A stretch of 64,000 nt of DNA from an uncultured Candidatus Saccharibacteria bacterium (GCA_964649535.1 CAZYTF010000001.1:1521-65520), one strand, 5' to 3'. Counted from the first letter of the stretch, positions 29,921 through 40,694 are shown. Notes: generated from the sequence alone by a model not told the origin. A program made the numbers and translations.

Positions 29921-31114
29921 ATGGCAGATTTTGATCGGTCAAAAGCACACGTAAACGTTGGTACTATTGGTCACGTTGACCACGGAAAAACTACGCTTAC
30001 AGCTGCAATTTTGAACGTGCTACACGCACATGAGTCAGAAGGGTATTCAGCTAACCTTAAAGCTGTTGAAGATATTGACAAGGCACCTGAGGAAAAGGCT
30101 CGAGGAATTACTATTTCTCTTTCTCACTCAGAGTACGAAACTCCAACTCGACACTACGCACACATTGATGCGCCAGGTCACGCGGACTACATTAAGAACA
30201 TGATTACTGGTGCTGCTCAGATGGATGGTGCTGTGCTCGTTGTTGCTGCAACAGATGGGGCTATGCCACAAACACGTGAGCACGTTCTTCTCGCAAAGCA
30301 AGTTGGTGTACCAAACATTATCGTTTTCTTGAACAAGTGCGATATGGTTGATGATGAAGAAATGATTGAACTCGTTGAAGAAGAACTTCGTGAACTTTTG
30401 ACAAAGAATGGTTTTGACGGAGCGAATGCTCCAATCATCAAAGGTTCTGGTCTTAAAGCTCTTGAAGAACCAACAGGCGAATGGGGAGATAAGGTGCTTG
30501 AACTTGCGAAAGCGATGGATGAGTACTTCCCGCTTCCAGAACGTGAGCTTGATAAGCCATTTCTTATGCCAGTTGAAGACATTTTCTCAATCGAAGGACG
30601 CGGTACTGTAGTTACAGGACGTGTTGAGCGAGGAGCTGTAAAGGTGGGTGAAGAAATTGAAATCGTTGGTATCAAGGATACTGCTCTTACAACTGTTACA
30701 GGTGTTGAGATGTTCAACAAGCAATTGGATCGAGCTCAAGCTGGAGACAATGCTGGTATTCTTCTCCGAGGTATTAAAAAGGAAGACATTCACCGAGGAC
30801 AGGTACTTTCTGCTAAAGGTTCAGTAACTCCACATACAGAGTTTGAAGCTGAAGTATACGTACTTTCTAAGGAGGAAGGTGGTCGACACACGCCATTCTT
30901 TACAGGTTACAAACCACAGTTCTACATCCGTACAACAGACGTAACGGGAGACGTTACGCTTGCTGAAGGTACAGAAATGGTTATGCCAGGAGATACTGCA
31001 ACTTTCAAAGTGAAGCTTGTAGCTCCAGTAGCTCTTGAAGATCAGCAGAACTTTGCGATTCGAGAGGGTGGCAAGACCGTTGGTGCTGGTGTGGTAACTA
31101 AGATTGTTGCGTAA
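29921..31114 (+). CDS. tuf: Elongation factor Tu
   Basis: [21 protein letters not shown]. 397 aa. Confidence 0.97.
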   Translation: MADFDRSKAHVNVGTIGHVDHGKTTLTAAILNVLHAHESEGYSANLKAVEDIDKAPEEKARGITISLSHSEYETPTRHYAHIDAPGHADYIKNMITGAAQMDGAVLVVAATDGAMPQTREHVLLAKQVGVPNIIVFLNKCDMVDDEEMIELVEEELRELLTKNGFDGANAPIIKGSGLKALEEPTGEWGDKVLELAKAMDEYFPLPERELDKPFLMPVEDIFSIEGRGTVVTGRVERGAVKVGEEIEIVGIKDTALTTVTGVEMFNKQLDRAQAGDNAGILLRGIKKEDIHRGQVLSAKGSVTPHTEFEAEVYVLSKEEGGRHTPFFTGYKPQFYIRTTDVTGDVTLAEGTEMVMPGDTATFKVKLVAPVALEDQQNFAIREGGKTVGAGVVTKIVA

Positions 31115-31142
31115 TCAGTATTCGACTTAATCTACAAGAACT

Positions 31143-31496
31143 ATGGCAACATCAGAAAAAAAAGAATCAAAGAAAACAGCAGCATCTGAAATTCAGAAAC
31201 TGCGAATTCGAGTACGTGCATATGAGCACAAGATTCTTGATACAAGTGTAAAGCAGATTATAGATACTGCATTGCGTTTTGACGCAAAAGTTGTAGGTCC
31301 AATTCCGCTTCCGACTGAAATCAAGAAGTACACTGTGAACCGATCATCATTCGTGCACAAAGATGCGCGAGAACAATTCGAAATGCGAACTCATAAACGT
31401 GTTATCGATATCATGAATCCGAGTGCAAAGGTTGTTGAGGCGCTCACTAATCTTTCGCTTCCGTCTGGTGTCAACATCGACGTGAAGATGATGTAG
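31143..31496 (+). CDS. rpsJ: 30S ribosomal protein S10
   Basis: [12 protein letters not shown]...GPIPLPT...RTHKRVIDI. Confidence 0.95.
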   Translation: MATSEKKESKKTAASEIQKLRIRVRAYEHKILDTSVKQIIDTALRFDAKVVGPIPLPTEIKKYTVNRSSFVHKDAREQFEMRTHKRVIDIMNPSAKVVEALTNLSLPSGVNIDVKMM

Positions 31497-31644
31497 TAAT
31501 TTCGCCAGAAATAGCGAGTTGCTGCGTTGAACATCGGTAATCAAACGCTCGCCGTACAATACGTACGTCTCGTGTTTGATTCCTCGTTCACCTTGCAGCC
31601 CATCAATTTCTGACAAAATTGTGATAGTTGCTATAGCCAAAAAC

Positions 31645-31679
31645 AAAAAAGTGCGGACCTATGGTCCGCGCTTTTTTGT
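31645..31679 (+). terminator. Intrinsic terminator after rpsJ
   Basis: gcggacc-tat-ggtccgc followed by TTTTTT. A second hairpin lies at about 31700-31735. Confidence 0.6.
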
Positions 31680-32433
31680 GTATACGCATGCAAAAGAAAA
31701 ATCAGCACTTGGGGCCGCTGATTTTTCAAAAAACACATTTCCTCGGCCTGTGGACTTCAGATAATGTATTTGATCGTGTGTGGTGGGAGACCTCTCACTC
31801 TTGCGATTATACCTCCAGCAAGAAGTCAGTGCCTTCCTACGATGCGCTCATAACACCTTTTACAGAGGCGGTAGACTTTAGCAATATTTTTTCAAAATAT
31901 CAGTTAAAGTTTTACAAAGTGCCACCCAGGCACTTTTCACACATCTTACCTTTTATGATGTGTAAAAAGTGCTTTTCTTTCAATAAAAAAGCTCGATGTT
32001 ACATTTTGTGAATGTATAAGCACCGAGCTTCGATTTTTCAGGGTATTGCATTTGGTAGCAAGCACTTTGCTTAACTTTCACCTTGTCAATCCGCCCTGAC
32101 GGGGTCGTGATGGATAGCTTCGTAGGCTACCCATCGGGATCACGGGTGGCGAGGTAATACTCGAAGAGAGAAAGTTCTCCTTTGAAGATGTTTACCACTG
32201 TCGCACGCATAGCCGTACCCCTTTTTTGCAGACAATCGGCACTCTAAAAAATAGAGTTTGGAATCGTGTCTACTATTACAAATTCCGTTACTTACGATAC
32301 TCCTATTCTTTTTGAGACGCAAGTTGTAATATGTAAGTAACCTATTGCAAATAATTGACATTATTCATATATATACTGTATTCTGCATTCTAGAAGTGTA
32401 TCGATTCGTACACAAGCATTGGAGGTATAGGAC

Positions 32434-33549
32434 ATGAAGACACGCTTAATTGAGTTTGGAGTGTTTGTTATTGCAATTGTGCTCATTTGGCATTGGTATG
32501 TTGGTTTGTTTTGGCAACCTTTGTTTTTTGCTGTGCTTCTGGCGGTAACCTTTCATGATTTTTTTGAACGGTTGTGTCGTCAAGTATGGATCAGTGATTC
32601 TATTGCTGCACTGATGGTTGCTATGATTGCGTTGCTGATCCCGGTCATTCCGGCAGTCTTCGCAGTCTACTATTCTATTGGTGTTGCTGATCGTCTGATT
32701 AGTGCACTACGCATACCGACATCGGATGAATATTTGTGGTTGTCAGAAATCGTAACAGAACTTAATGAAAGAGTTCCATTTCTGGCTGAATATCTCCAAC
32801 TTGATGGAGGAGGTATTGATTCGTTTACGAAACTGTTGACGAGTAACTGGAATGGAGTTGCGTCTGTCAGCCGATCAATTATTGGCACTGTATATACAAG
32901 CTTTGCGGGTATAATGTTTGGCATTGTTGTCGCACTCTTGGCTCTCTACTACTTTCTGAAAGATGGGAAGAAGTTGCTTGCTTTCGTAAAAAAGGCAGCG
33001 CCAGTGCGTGTCGAGTTCGTGACTCGCGCATTCGATGAGTTTGTGCAGATGACGCGTGCAATGGTTAAAGTGACCATCATCGTTGGGTTTGTGCAGGGTG
33101 CTATTGGTGGGGCAGCCCTTTGGTTTGTCGGCACGCCGTCTGCACTCATGTGGACATTTGCCATGATGCTGCTTTCCATGATGCCCATACTGGGTGCTGG
33201 TATAGTGCTTGTTCCGACATCAATCATCTACTTCTTCACAGGAGACATGGTGAGTGGCTCGGTTGTGTTGGGGACATTTGCGTTTGTGTCGGTGGTGGAT
33301 AATATCCTGAAGCCGAAAATCATTGGCGGTGATATGTCACTGAATGAAGGTTTGATTTTGCTTTCGGTTGTTGCTGGCTTGGCAACATTTGGAGCTATCG
33401 GCATGTTTGCTGGACCAATTTTGTTTGCATTGCTTACTGCAATGATTGATGTCTATCTGCGCATGGCTAGTAGTACGTTTGAATCTAAGCCGTGGCAGCC
33501 GTATACGCCACCGCCACCTGTTTTTCGTACACACAAACATCGTGTGTGA
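32434..33549 (+). CDS. AI-2E family transporter (PerM/YdiK-like) membrane protein
   Basis: 371 aa with about 8 TM helices and the length and Gly-rich helices typical of UPF0118/AI-2E. Family call from topology and composition. Confidence 0.55.
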   Translation: MKTRLIEFGVFVIAIVLIWHWYVGLFWQPLFFAVLLAVTFHDFFERLCRQVWISDSIAALMVAMIALLIPVIPAVFAVYYSIGVADRLISALRIPTSDEYLWLSEIVTELNERVPFLAEYLQLDGGGIDSFTKLLTSNWNGVASVSRSIIGTVYTSFAGIMFGIVVALLALYYFLKDGKKLLAFVKKAAPVRVEFVTRAFDEFVQMTRAMVKVTIIVGFVQGAIGGAALWFVGTPSALMWTFAMMLLSMMPILGAGIVLVPTSIIYFFTGDMVSGSVVLGTFAFVSVVDNILKPKIIGGDMSLNEGLILLSVVAGLATFGAIGMFAGPILFALLTAMIDVYLRMASSTFESKPWQPYTPPPPVFRTHKHRV

Positions 33550-33793
33550 AATGCAAAGCGTCTGGGATTTATCTCAGGCGCTTTTTACTTGCATATACTT
33601 TGAATATCAGTATACTAACGACCAGCTTTAGAAGACCTATGTTCGGTGATATGTGGCTTGCCACATTGAGAACCAATGGGCACAAAACCGCGTTTTTTTG
33701 CGGGACTTGTGTCCCGCCTAAAACGCGGTTTTGTTTATCCTCTCGAGGGTATCGGGTCTAATAAGGCAACTTTATTAGATAGTTCAAAAATAA

Positions 33794-34414
33794 ATGAAGT
33801 TTATTTTAGGGACAAAGGAAGGAATGACACAGGTGTTTGACGCAAACGGTGTCTGTCACCCTGCAACGATTCTTCGTGTTTCTCCAGCAACTATTACGCA
33901 AGTAAAAACTGCTGAGAAAGATGGATACACTGCAGTGCAGGTTGCATCAGGAGCACAAAAAGAACATCGTGTGAACAAAGCGCAGAAAGGACACCTTGGT
34001 GGCTCTTTTCAACACGTTAAAGAATTCCGACCTCGTACAAATTATGAAGAATCAGTTGATGGTCTTGAAAAAGGTCAAGTGATTGATGCTTCTGTATTTG
34101 AAGCTGGTGATACAGTGGTTGTCGCAGCGATTTCAAAAGGTAAAGGGTTTCAGGGTGTGGTGAAGCGATATAACTTCAAAGGAGGTCCTGCTTCACACGG
34201 CCAGAAGCACTCACATCGAGAACCAGGTTCTATTGGGGCTACAGGTCCAGCTCGTGTATTTAAAGGTATCCGAATGGCAGGACGCATGGGTACTGATAGA
34301 ATTACAGTAAAAAACTTGCAGGTATTGCAGGTTAATAAAGATGAAAATGTATTGCTCATTCGTGGCGCAGTACCTGGTCGAAAAGGAACATTAGTAGAGG
34401 TACGTAACGTGTAA
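33794..34414 (+). CDS. rplC: 50S ribosomal protein L3
   Basis: ILGTKEGMTQVFD...FKGIRMAGRMG. Confidence 0.95.
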   Translation: MKFILGTKEGMTQVFDANGVCHPATILRVSPATITQVKTAEKDGYTAVQVASGAQKEHRVNKAQKGHLGGSFQHVKEFRPRTNYEESVDGLEKGQVIDASVFEAGDTVVVAAISKGKGFQGVVKRYNFKGGPASHGQKHSHREPGSIGATGPARVFKGIRMAGRMGTDRITVKNLQVLQVNKDENVLLIRGAVPGRKGTLVEVRNV

Positions 34415-34418
34415 GTAT

Positions 34419-35111
34419 ATGCATATGGAAACAAAAGTATTCACACAAGAAGGAAAAGAGAGCGGAAAAGTCACACTCCCAGACGCTGTGTTTGGAGTTG
34501 CATGGAACGCTGACCTTATCCACGAGGTGGTTGTCTCTATGCAGAGCAATGCACGGCAAAGTACTGCACACACAAAAGATCGAAGTGAAGTCGCCGGTGG
34601 CGGTAGAAAGCCATGGAAGCAAAAGGGGACTGGTCGCGCGCGACATGGTTCACGACGTTCACCGATGTGGGCTGGTGGTGGTATAGCACACGGACCTCGA
34701 AACGAAAAAGATTACTCCAAGAAGATCAATAAGAAGGTAAAAGCTAAAGCACTTGCCGTAACGCTTTCAAAGAAGTTTACTGACGGAGAAGTTATCTTCG
34801 TAGATGCACTGAGCTTTGAAGCGCCAAAGGCTGCTGATGCAAAAAAGGTTGTTGCAGCACTCGCGAAAGGTTCAGGCAATGAAATGCTTGTATCAAAGCG
34901 AACAAATGCAGCGCTCATTGTGCTTTCAGATCGGGATGAAAACGCTGAGAAGAGTTTTCGTAACTTTGGGAACATGGAAGTCATGCAAGCAAAGGATATA
35001 AATCCAGTCGACCTTCTTACCTATAAGTATGTTGTTGTAGCAAATCCAGCAAAGGCTCTTGAGATGCTTGAGTCACGTATTGGTTCTACACAATTAAGTA
35101 AGTCAAATTAA
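34419..35111 (+). CDS. rplD: 50S ribosomal protein L4
   Basis: [15 protein letters not shown]. Confidence 0.9.
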   Translation: MHMETKVFTQEGKESGKVTLPDAVFGVAWNADLIHEVVVSMQSNARQSTAHTKDRSEVAGGGRKPWKQKGTGRARHGSRRSPMWAGGGIAHGPRNEKDYSKKINKKVKAKALAVTLSKKFTDGEVIFVDALSFEAPKAADAKKVVAALAKGSGNEMLVSKRTNAALIVLSDRDENAEKSFRNFGNMEVMQAKDINPVDLLTYKYVVVANPAKALEMLESRIGSTQLSKSN

Positions 35112-35112
35112 T

Positions 35113-35496
35113 ATGGCACTCTTTAGTCGAAACAAAGAAAAAAACACTGGAGAGAAAAACGCGGCAGCGAACGTGACGAAGAAGCCTGTGGCTTCGAGTG
35201 CACTTCCAACAGATCGCAACCTTTCTGCGGTAATTATTAAGCCTCGTATTACTGAAAAAGCAGCAACGCAAGGCGAACGCAATGTATATACGTTCATCGT
35301 CCGTCGAGATGCAACAAAGTACGATGTGCGGGATGCAGTAAAGGAACTCTTTAATGTGACGCCGGTAAAAGTGAATATCGTCAATAAATCACACAGACAA
35401 TTTATGTCACGAAGTAAGAGTCGAAAAATAACAGAAAAAGGAATGAAAAAGGCATATGTGTACCTTAAGCAAGGTGACCATATTGACCTCGCATAA
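35113..35496 (+). CDS. rplW: 50S ribosomal protein L23 (with N-terminal extension)
   Basis: [10 protein letters not shown]...YTFIV...A.K.DV..AVKELF.V. Confidence 0.9.
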   Translation: MALFSRNKEKNTGEKNAAANVTKKPVASSALPTDRNLSAVIIKPRITEKAATQGERNVYTFIVRRDATKYDVRDAVKELFNVTPVKVNIVNKSHRQFMSRSKSRKITEKGMKKAYVYLKQGDHIDLA

Positions 35497-35513
35497 CCTG
35501 TAAGAATTATATT

Positions 35514-36365
35514 ATGATAAAAAAATATAAACCAACATCTGCAGGTCGTCGTGACGGTTCTGTTATTGACTATAAAAAAATACTTACGACGACAAGAAGT
35601 AAGCCACTTAAGTCGCTTACAAAAGGGAAGCGCTCAACTGGTGGACGCAATAGTCAGGGACGTACCACAACATGGTACCGTGGGGCTGGAAATAAGCGAA
35701 AGTATCGAGCTGTTGACTTCAAGTTTGAAAAGAAAGATATTGAAGCAAAGATTGAGACAATCGAGTATGATCCATACCGATCAGGATTCATCGCACTTGT
35801 CTTGTACAAGGATGGTGAACGACGATATGTACTTGTGCCACAAGGCATGAAGGCTGGAGACACATTTATTGTGTCAGAAACAGCAAAGGCAAAAACTGGA
35901 AATCGTTTGCCGCTTGCAAACATTCCTGTAGGTACTTACGTGTACAGCATTGAGATGAAGCCGGAAGCTGGTGCTCGTATCGCACGTTCAGCAGGTAACT
36001 ATGCAGAAGTAGTTGCTCATGATGCGGGATACACACAGTTGAAGATGCCGTCTACTGAAATTCGAAAGATTCTTTCTACATGTTGGGCTTCTATCGGTGA
36101 GGTTTCAAACGAAGAACATCGTTTAGTATCTATTGGTAAGGCTGGTCGTGCACGACACATGGGACTTCGACCAAAGACTCGTGGTACTGCAAAAAACGCT
36201 GTGGACCACCCACATGGAGGTGGTGAAGGTAAGTCTCCTCGAGGTCATAAACGATCTCGTACAAAACAAGGTCGTCCAACCGGAAAAGGACAAAAGACAC
36301 GTTCACCGAAGAAACATTCAAACAAACTTATTGTTTCACGACGTAAAGTTGGGAAGCGGCGATAA
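35514..36365 (+). CDS. rplB: 50S ribosomal protein L2
   Basis: IKKYKPTSAGRR...GGEGKSP. Confidence 0.95.
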   Translation: MIKKYKPTSAGRRDGSVIDYKKILTTTRSKPLKSLTKGKRSTGGRNSQGRTTTWYRGAGNKRKYRAVDFKFEKKDIEAKIETIEYDPYRSGFIALVLYKDGERRYVLVPQGMKAGDTFIVSETAKAKTGNRLPLANIPVGTYVYSIEMKPEAGARIARSAGNYAEVVAHDAGYTQLKMPSTEIRKILSTCWASIGEVSNEEHRLVSIGKAGRARHMGLRPKTRGTAKNAVDHPHGGGEGKSPRGHKRSRTKQGRPTGKGQKTRSPKKHSNKLIVSRRKVGKRR

Positions 36366-36383
36366 GAGTAGTGTGTTACACAA

Positions 36384-36411
36384 AAAGCCGGCGCTTTGCG
36401 CCGGCTTTTTG
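36384..36411 (+). terminator. Intrinsic terminator immediately after rplB
   Basis: aagccggcgc-tttg-cgccggctt followed by TTTTT. Confidence 0.6.
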
Positions 36412-36499
36412 TGTATAAAGTGTTGCTACTTTTTTACTAGTTTGACGCAGGATTTTTTCTATATATATTAAAAATACTTGGCAATTGTTCTGCCAAGTA

Positions 36500-36754
36500 T
36501 CACTTCTTCTCCTTCACGCAGAGGAGGGGGCCTTTATGAGCTCTGAGGTATTTTTTATTTTCTGAACACTTTGCCCATGCGCGCATTGATCGCCTTCCGC
36601 GCAGCCAAGCTTCTTTTTCGCTTAGTGCGTTAGTGACGAGGACAACTTCATTGCTCTTGTCGCTGTCAGGAACACGGTCGCCGCTCAAAAGGTCCTGTTT
36701 TATGACCACGGCAACAAAACGTTTTGGTTGTTTGAACGCAATAACATTTTTCAT
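36500..36754 (-). CDS. Small protein (84 aa), possibly toxin-like (weak BrnT-like C-terminal pattern)
   Basis: AGGAG ribosome-binding site. EVVLVTNALSEKEAWL loosely resembles the RIISAR-AT..E..Y motif of DUF497. Confidence 0.35.
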   Translation of the reverse strand: MKNVIAFKQPKRFVAVVIKQDLLSGDRVPDSDKSNEVVLVTNALSEKEAWLRGRRSMRAWAKCSENKKYLRAHKGPLLCVKEKK

Positions 36755-36842
36755 GAGGTTCTCCTAAGAACTTTTTAAATATTCAAACACGTCTATCTAA
36801 ATTTGACAATAGCTGTTGCAAAGTATAAGAGAATCTTCTTCC

Positions 36843-37160
36843 CTATACCCCTGGCTTCCGTTCTCTTTCCTTGAAACTGAAGTTCTGCAGTTTCTTGCTG
36901 TTTTGAAGCGCATGAAACACTTCCCTTGGTTTGTCTGCGTGTACCGCAATTTTTTGGACACTCTGACCTGTGATGATGAGTTCTATGCCGGCTGTTGTGT
37001 ACGCAGCTGTTACAAAGCGAGAGCTTGATCCTTTTCGACTTTGTGTTTTTATCATGCCAGGAGCAATCATTTTGACGCCATTAAGCCGTTTTAGTACAGA
37101 TACAACTAACGCAGCGGTTTCAGTCAGTGTTGTATGTTCTTTTCCACGGGGTTTTGCCAT
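36843..37160 (-). CDS. Hypothetical small protein (105 aa)
   Basis: Basic N-terminus MAKPRGKEH. No Shine-Dalgarno sequence. Weak HU/IHF-like pattern only. Confidence 0.3.
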   Translation of the reverse strand: MAKPRGKEHTTLTETAALVVSVLKRLNGVKMIAPGMIKTQSRKGSSSRFVTAAYTTAGIELIITGQSVQKIAVHADKPREVFHALQNSKKLQNFSFKERERKPGV

Positions 37161-37186
37161 AGGGGGAGCATAGCATAAAAAATGTA

Positions 37187-37222
37187 AAAAAAGCCGCGAA
37201 TTTTCGCGGCTTCACTCTTTTT
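37187..37222 (-). terminator. Terminator downstream of the membrane-protein gene
   Basis: aagccgcgaa-tttt-cgcggctt followed by a U-run on the minus strand. Confidence 0.5.
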
Positions 37223-37227
37223 GTGCA

Positions 37228-37557
37228 TTATCGTTTAAATGCCGGCCACTTTGTGAACAGCGCTTTGAAACTTGTTGAAAAAGCGGTTTCAGATTCGTCT
37301 GATAGTTTCCTCTTATGAAACCATATAATCCAAGCTATTATGGCAAAAATAGAAGATATGAACCAGTATGAAACAAAAACCAAAAATAGTCCTCCGTAAA
37401 GCAGTACGGTACTCGGCCTACGTAACACTTCATTTGTATTTATGTCGTGTAACACTTGGGTAGTCATTGACGCTGCTAACACTAGCAAAAACACCCAGTT
37501 TATAATCAGCCTGACCACATGGTTTTGAGGCATTGCGGAACTTTTTCTCGGTTTCAT
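37228..37557 (-). CDS. Small membrane protein (109 aa)
   Basis: Three predicted TM helices. Confidence 0.4.
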   Translation of the reverse strand: MKPRKSSAMPQNHVVRLIINWVFLLVLAASMTTQVLHDINTNEVLRRPSTVLLYGGLFLVFVSYWFISSIFAIIAWIIWFHKRKLSDESETAFSTSFKALFTKWPAFKR

Positions 37558-37628
37558 GTAAGAACTCCTTTCAATAGTTAGTTAACTCTTTTTCCAGTAT
37601 CGAGTCAAGCCTCTTGTGCTTCAATTTT

Positions 37629-37657
37629 ATTGACTTTTGCCCTTATTTCCCGTACTA
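37629..37657 (+). promoter_or_regulatory. Sigma70-like promoter for rpsS and downstream genes
   Basis: TTGACT, a 17-nt spacer, then TACTAT. About 160-nt leader before rpsS. Confidence 0.4.
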
Positions 37658-37816
37658 TAGCGCACGTTCTAACCTCGTTTTGGATTCGCTCCTGGTAGGG
37701 CAATCCCTAACAAAAACCGTTACACTTTGAGCGTTTTACGCTCGAGGGCAGAATAAAATTATTAGTTTGTGGCTACTGTAAGACCACTGGTTTTTATGTA
37801 GTCGTATTTCATTCTT

Positions 37817-38146
37817 ATGTCACGATCTCTTTATAAAGGGCCGTATGTTGAAGAGAAGCTCCTAAAGAAAATTGCAGGCAAAAAGCCTAGCGATACAGGA
37901 TCTATCAAGACATGGGCCCGTGATTCGGTGATTGCTCCGGAAATGGTTGGCTTCACATTTGGAGTTCATAACGGAAAAGACCATATTGACGTACTTGTTA
38001 CGGAAGATATGGTGGGTCATCGTCTCGGTGAATTTTCACCAACGAAGAAATTTTATCGCCATGGCGGTAAAATGCAGAAAGAGCTTGATATCAAGAAGAA
38101 GGAGTCTGAAATTGCTGCTGCTAAAGCAGCAAAAGCAGCCTCATAA
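37817..38146 (+). CDS. rpsS: 30S ribosomal protein S19
   Basis: [10 protein letters not shown]...HNGKDHI...[10 protein letters not shown]. Confidence 0.95.
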   Translation: MSRSLYKGPYVEEKLLKKIAGKKPSDTGSIKTWARDSVIAPEMVGFTFGVHNGKDHIDVLVTEDMVGHRLGEFSPTKKFYRHGGKMQKELDIKKKESEIAAAKAAKAAS

Positions 38147-38160
38147 CCTAACCTGGATAT

Positions 38161-38484
38161 ATGAAAGCAGTTTTGAAAAACTACCGACAGTCTCCACGTA
38201 AGGTTCGCCTTCTTGCAGATCTCGTTCGAGGAAAAAAAGTAAAGGAAGCTCTTGCATTACTACAGTTTGCTGATAAAAAAGCAGCTGAGCCCTTTGCAAA
38301 AGTTGTACGTTCAGCAGAAGCAAATGCCACTCAGGCTGGAGCAGACGTGAGCAAGTTGATTATCAGCAAAGTGACTGTCGACAAGGGTACGATCATTAAG
38401 CGTTTTATGCCACGAGCACGTGGAAGCGCTTCACGTATCAACAAACGAAACAGTCACATTACCGTTGAACTCGGTACTAAGTAA
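38161..38484 (+). CDS. rplV: 50S ribosomal protein L22
   Basis: YRQSPRKVRLLADLVRGK. Confidence 0.95.
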   Translation: MKAVLKNYRQSPRKVRLLADLVRGKKVKEALALLQFADKKAAEPFAKVVRSAEANATQAGADVSKLIISKVTVDKGTIIKRFMPRARGSASRINKRNSHITVELGTK

Positions 38485-38496
38485 TAAGGAAATTCT

Positions 38497-39216
38497 ATGA
38501 CACACATAGCACATCCGTACGTACAACGACTGGGTATCAACCGTGACTGGAAAAGTCGTTGGTTTACAGCTGACCCAAAGAAGTACCGCGAATATATCCG
38601 CACAGACGCTGCTATCCGAAAGCTCCTTGCAAAGAAGCTCAAGGGTATGTCGATTGATGTGGTAGAAATCGAGCGTGACGAAAAGACACTCCGTGTCCTC
38701 ATTAAAACTGCACGACCAGGACTTGTCATTGGCCGCAGTGGTGAAGGAGCTATTAAGCTTAAAAAGGACGTTGATATGCTTTTGCGTACGCTCAAGCTTT
38801 CAGAAAAACCGGATATTAAAATTGATATTGAAGAAGTTCGTTCTATTGAAACGAGCTCTGCGATTGTTGCCCAAATGATTGTTGAAGGACTTGAGAAACG
38901 AATGCCGTTTCGTCGTGTTTTGAAGCAAACAGTTGAGAAGGCAATGGCAAACCGTGATGTTCAAGGTGTTCGTATTATTGTTGCAGGTCGCCTCGGTGGC
39001 GCTGACATGGCACGACGCGAAGAACTTAAAAAAGGTCGAATCCCCCTACAAACCCTTCGTGCTGACATCGACTTTGCTCGAGAGCGCGCTAATCTTCCGT
39101 ATGGTGTGATTGGTGTGAAGGTTTGGATTTATCGAGGTGATGTGTTTGGCGATCGAAAAGCAGGTCAACAAGAAGAGAAGCGACCAGCTCCACGTCGACA
39201 ACCGCGCAACGTGTAA
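38497..39216 (+). CDS. rpsC: 30S ribosomal protein S3
   Basis: KH domain plus S3 C-terminus (GVRIIVAGRLGGADMARRE). Confidence 0.95.
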   Translation: MTHIAHPYVQRLGINRDWKSRWFTADPKKYREYIRTDAAIRKLLAKKLKGMSIDVVEIERDEKTLRVLIKTARPGLVIGRSGEGAIKLKKDVDMLLRTLKLSEKPDIKIDIEEVRSIETSSAIVAQMIVEGLEKRMPFRRVLKQTVEKAMANRDVQGVRIIVAGRLGGADMARREELKKGRIPLQTLRADIDFARERANLPYGVIGVKVWIYRGDVFGDRKAGQQEEKRPAPRRQPRNV

Positions 39217-39226
39217 CTAACTACGT

Positions 39227-39661
39227 ATGTTATTTCCTAAAAAAGTGAAACACCGAAAGTGGCAAGTGATGCGACAGAGTGAAGAAAAGCGAAACTCGCC
39301 AGAAACACGCGGTGTAACTGTAGCTTTTGGATCATATGGTCTCAAGGCAACTACAGCATCGAGAGTGAAATCAAATCAAATTGAAGCAGCTCGTCGTGTT
39401 ATCTCACGAACACTCGGTAAAACAGGTAAGATTTGGATTCGAATTTTTCCAGACCGCCCGGCAACAAAAAAAGCTGCTGAAGTAGGTATGGGTAAGGGTA
39501 AGGGTGATCCAGAATACTTCATGTTTGAAGTAAGCCCAGGTCGTATTTTATTCGAAGTAGACGGTGTCTCTGAAGACATTGCGAAAGAAGCAATGCGAAA
39601 GGCGGCTGCAAAGCTCCCGCTGAAAGCAAAGTTTGTACATCGTAATGAGACACGTGTGTAA
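39227..39661 (+). CDS. rplP: 50S ribosomal protein L16
   Basis: LFPKKVKHRKWQ...GMGKGKG. Confidence 0.95.
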   Translation: MLFPKKVKHRKWQVMRQSEEKRNSPETRGVTVAFGSYGLKATTASRVKSNQIEAARRVISRTLGKTGKIWIRIFPDRPATKKAAEVGMGKGKGDPEYFMFEVSPGRILFEVDGVSEDIAKEAMRKAAAKLPLKAKFVHRNETRV

Positions 39662-39670
39662 AGTAAACAT

Positions 39671-39889
39671 ATGAGTAACTACAAAGAAATCCAAAAGAAG
39701 AGCGACAAGGACTTGGTAGCACATGTTGCTGAAAAGCGTGAAGAGGCACGAAAGTTCCGGTTTAATGTTGCGGGAGCAGGTACACGAAATGTGCGTGCAG
39801 TCCGAAATGCTAAGAAGGAAATTGCTCGTTCTCTTACAGAACTGAACACACGTTCAAAAAAGACTGAGTCTAACGAGAACTCTAAATAA
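39671..39889 (+). CDS. rpmC: 50S ribosomal protein L29
   Basis: 72 aa helical protein with an L29 pattern. Confidence 0.9.
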   Translation: MSNYKEIQKKSDKDLVAHVAEKREEARKFRFNVAGAGTRNVRAVRNAKKEIARSLTELNTRSKKTESNENSK

Positions 39890-40164
39890 TGCGTATGAGT
39901 AACACAGAACAAGGAGAGGCAACAACTCCAAAAGGTCGCGTATTTCGCGGCACAGTTGTCAAATCTGCGATGCAAGATACTTGCACAGTGGCTGTTGAAC
40001 GATATGTAAAACATCCAAAGTACAAGAAGTATCAGCGACGCACACAGAAATTCCTCGTACATGATGCGGGTAATACTGCAGCAGTAGGGCAAAAGGTCGA
40101 AATTAGAGAGACACGTCCTGTTTCGAAGCGAAAAAGTTTTGAGCTAGTTCAAAACTCCAAATAG
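39889..40164 (+). CDS. rpsQ: 30S ribosomal protein S17
   Basis: RVFRGTVVKSAMQDTCTVAVERYVKHPKYKKY. Confidence 0.9.
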   Translation: MRMSNTEQGEATTPKGRVFRGTVVKSAMQDTCTVAVERYVKHPKYKKYQRRTQKFLVHDAGNTAAVGQKVEIRETRPVSKRKSFELVQNSK

Positions 40165-40167
40165 CCT

Positions 40168-40539
40168 ATGATTCAACCACAATCACTAGTAAAAATCACC
40201 GACAACTCTGGCGGTAAGATTGGCCGAGTATTCAAAGTACTTGGAGGCTCAAAGAAACGATATGCCGAACTCGGTGAGTTGGTAATTCTTTCTGTACAAA
40301 CAGCAGAACCACGAAAGCAAACCAAGAAGAAGGATATCGTGTGTGGCGTTGTTGTACGGCAGAAGAAGCCGTTTCGACGAAAAGATGGTTCATATGTTTC
40401 ATTTGACGATAATGCTGTAGTGCTTATCGACAAAGAGAAAAAAGAACCAAAAGCAAACCGTGTGTTTGGTCCTATTCCTCGAGAACTTTCTGAGGCAGGT
40501 TTTCAAAAAATTGTTTCATTAGCACCTGAAGTTGTTTAG
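40168..40539 (+). CDS. rplN: 50S ribosomal protein L14
   Basis: MIQPQSLVKITDNSGGK. Confidence 0.95.
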   Translation: MIQPQSLVKITDNSGGKIGRVFKVLGGSKKRYAELGELVILSVQTAEPRKQTKKKDIVCGVVVRQKKPFRRKDGSYVSFDDNAVVLIDKEKKEPKANRVFGPIPRELSEAGFQKIVSLAPEVV

Positions 40540-40694
40540 CAAAATAATAATTATAAAATAATTATATATTTTGCTTATGCAGACGTTCAGTAGTTTCGAC
40601 CTTCATAGGGAGAAAATACGTTTACGTCTTGCGTAGCAGTCCAACTTTTAAGAGAAAATGAGATTGTTAAGCAAAATAAGGATATAAAACTATT

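Noticed and set aside
32090-32170. GC-rich multi-hairpin segment in the rpsJ-transporter spacer
   Set aside because: Checked against the tRNA T-loop, 4.5S GNRA/AGCAGCC, and tmRNA 3' end consensus and found no match. Kept only as a possible ncRNA in the findings, not annotated as a feature.
37660-37720. tRNA-like T-arm impression (ggattcgctcctggtagggcaatcc)
   Set aside because: No cloverleaf can be built: no acceptor or anticodon arms, and the loop is 15 nt. Probably part of the rpsS leader structure. No tRNA, rRNA, tmRNA, SRP RNA or RNase P RNA consensus was recognised anywhere in the window.
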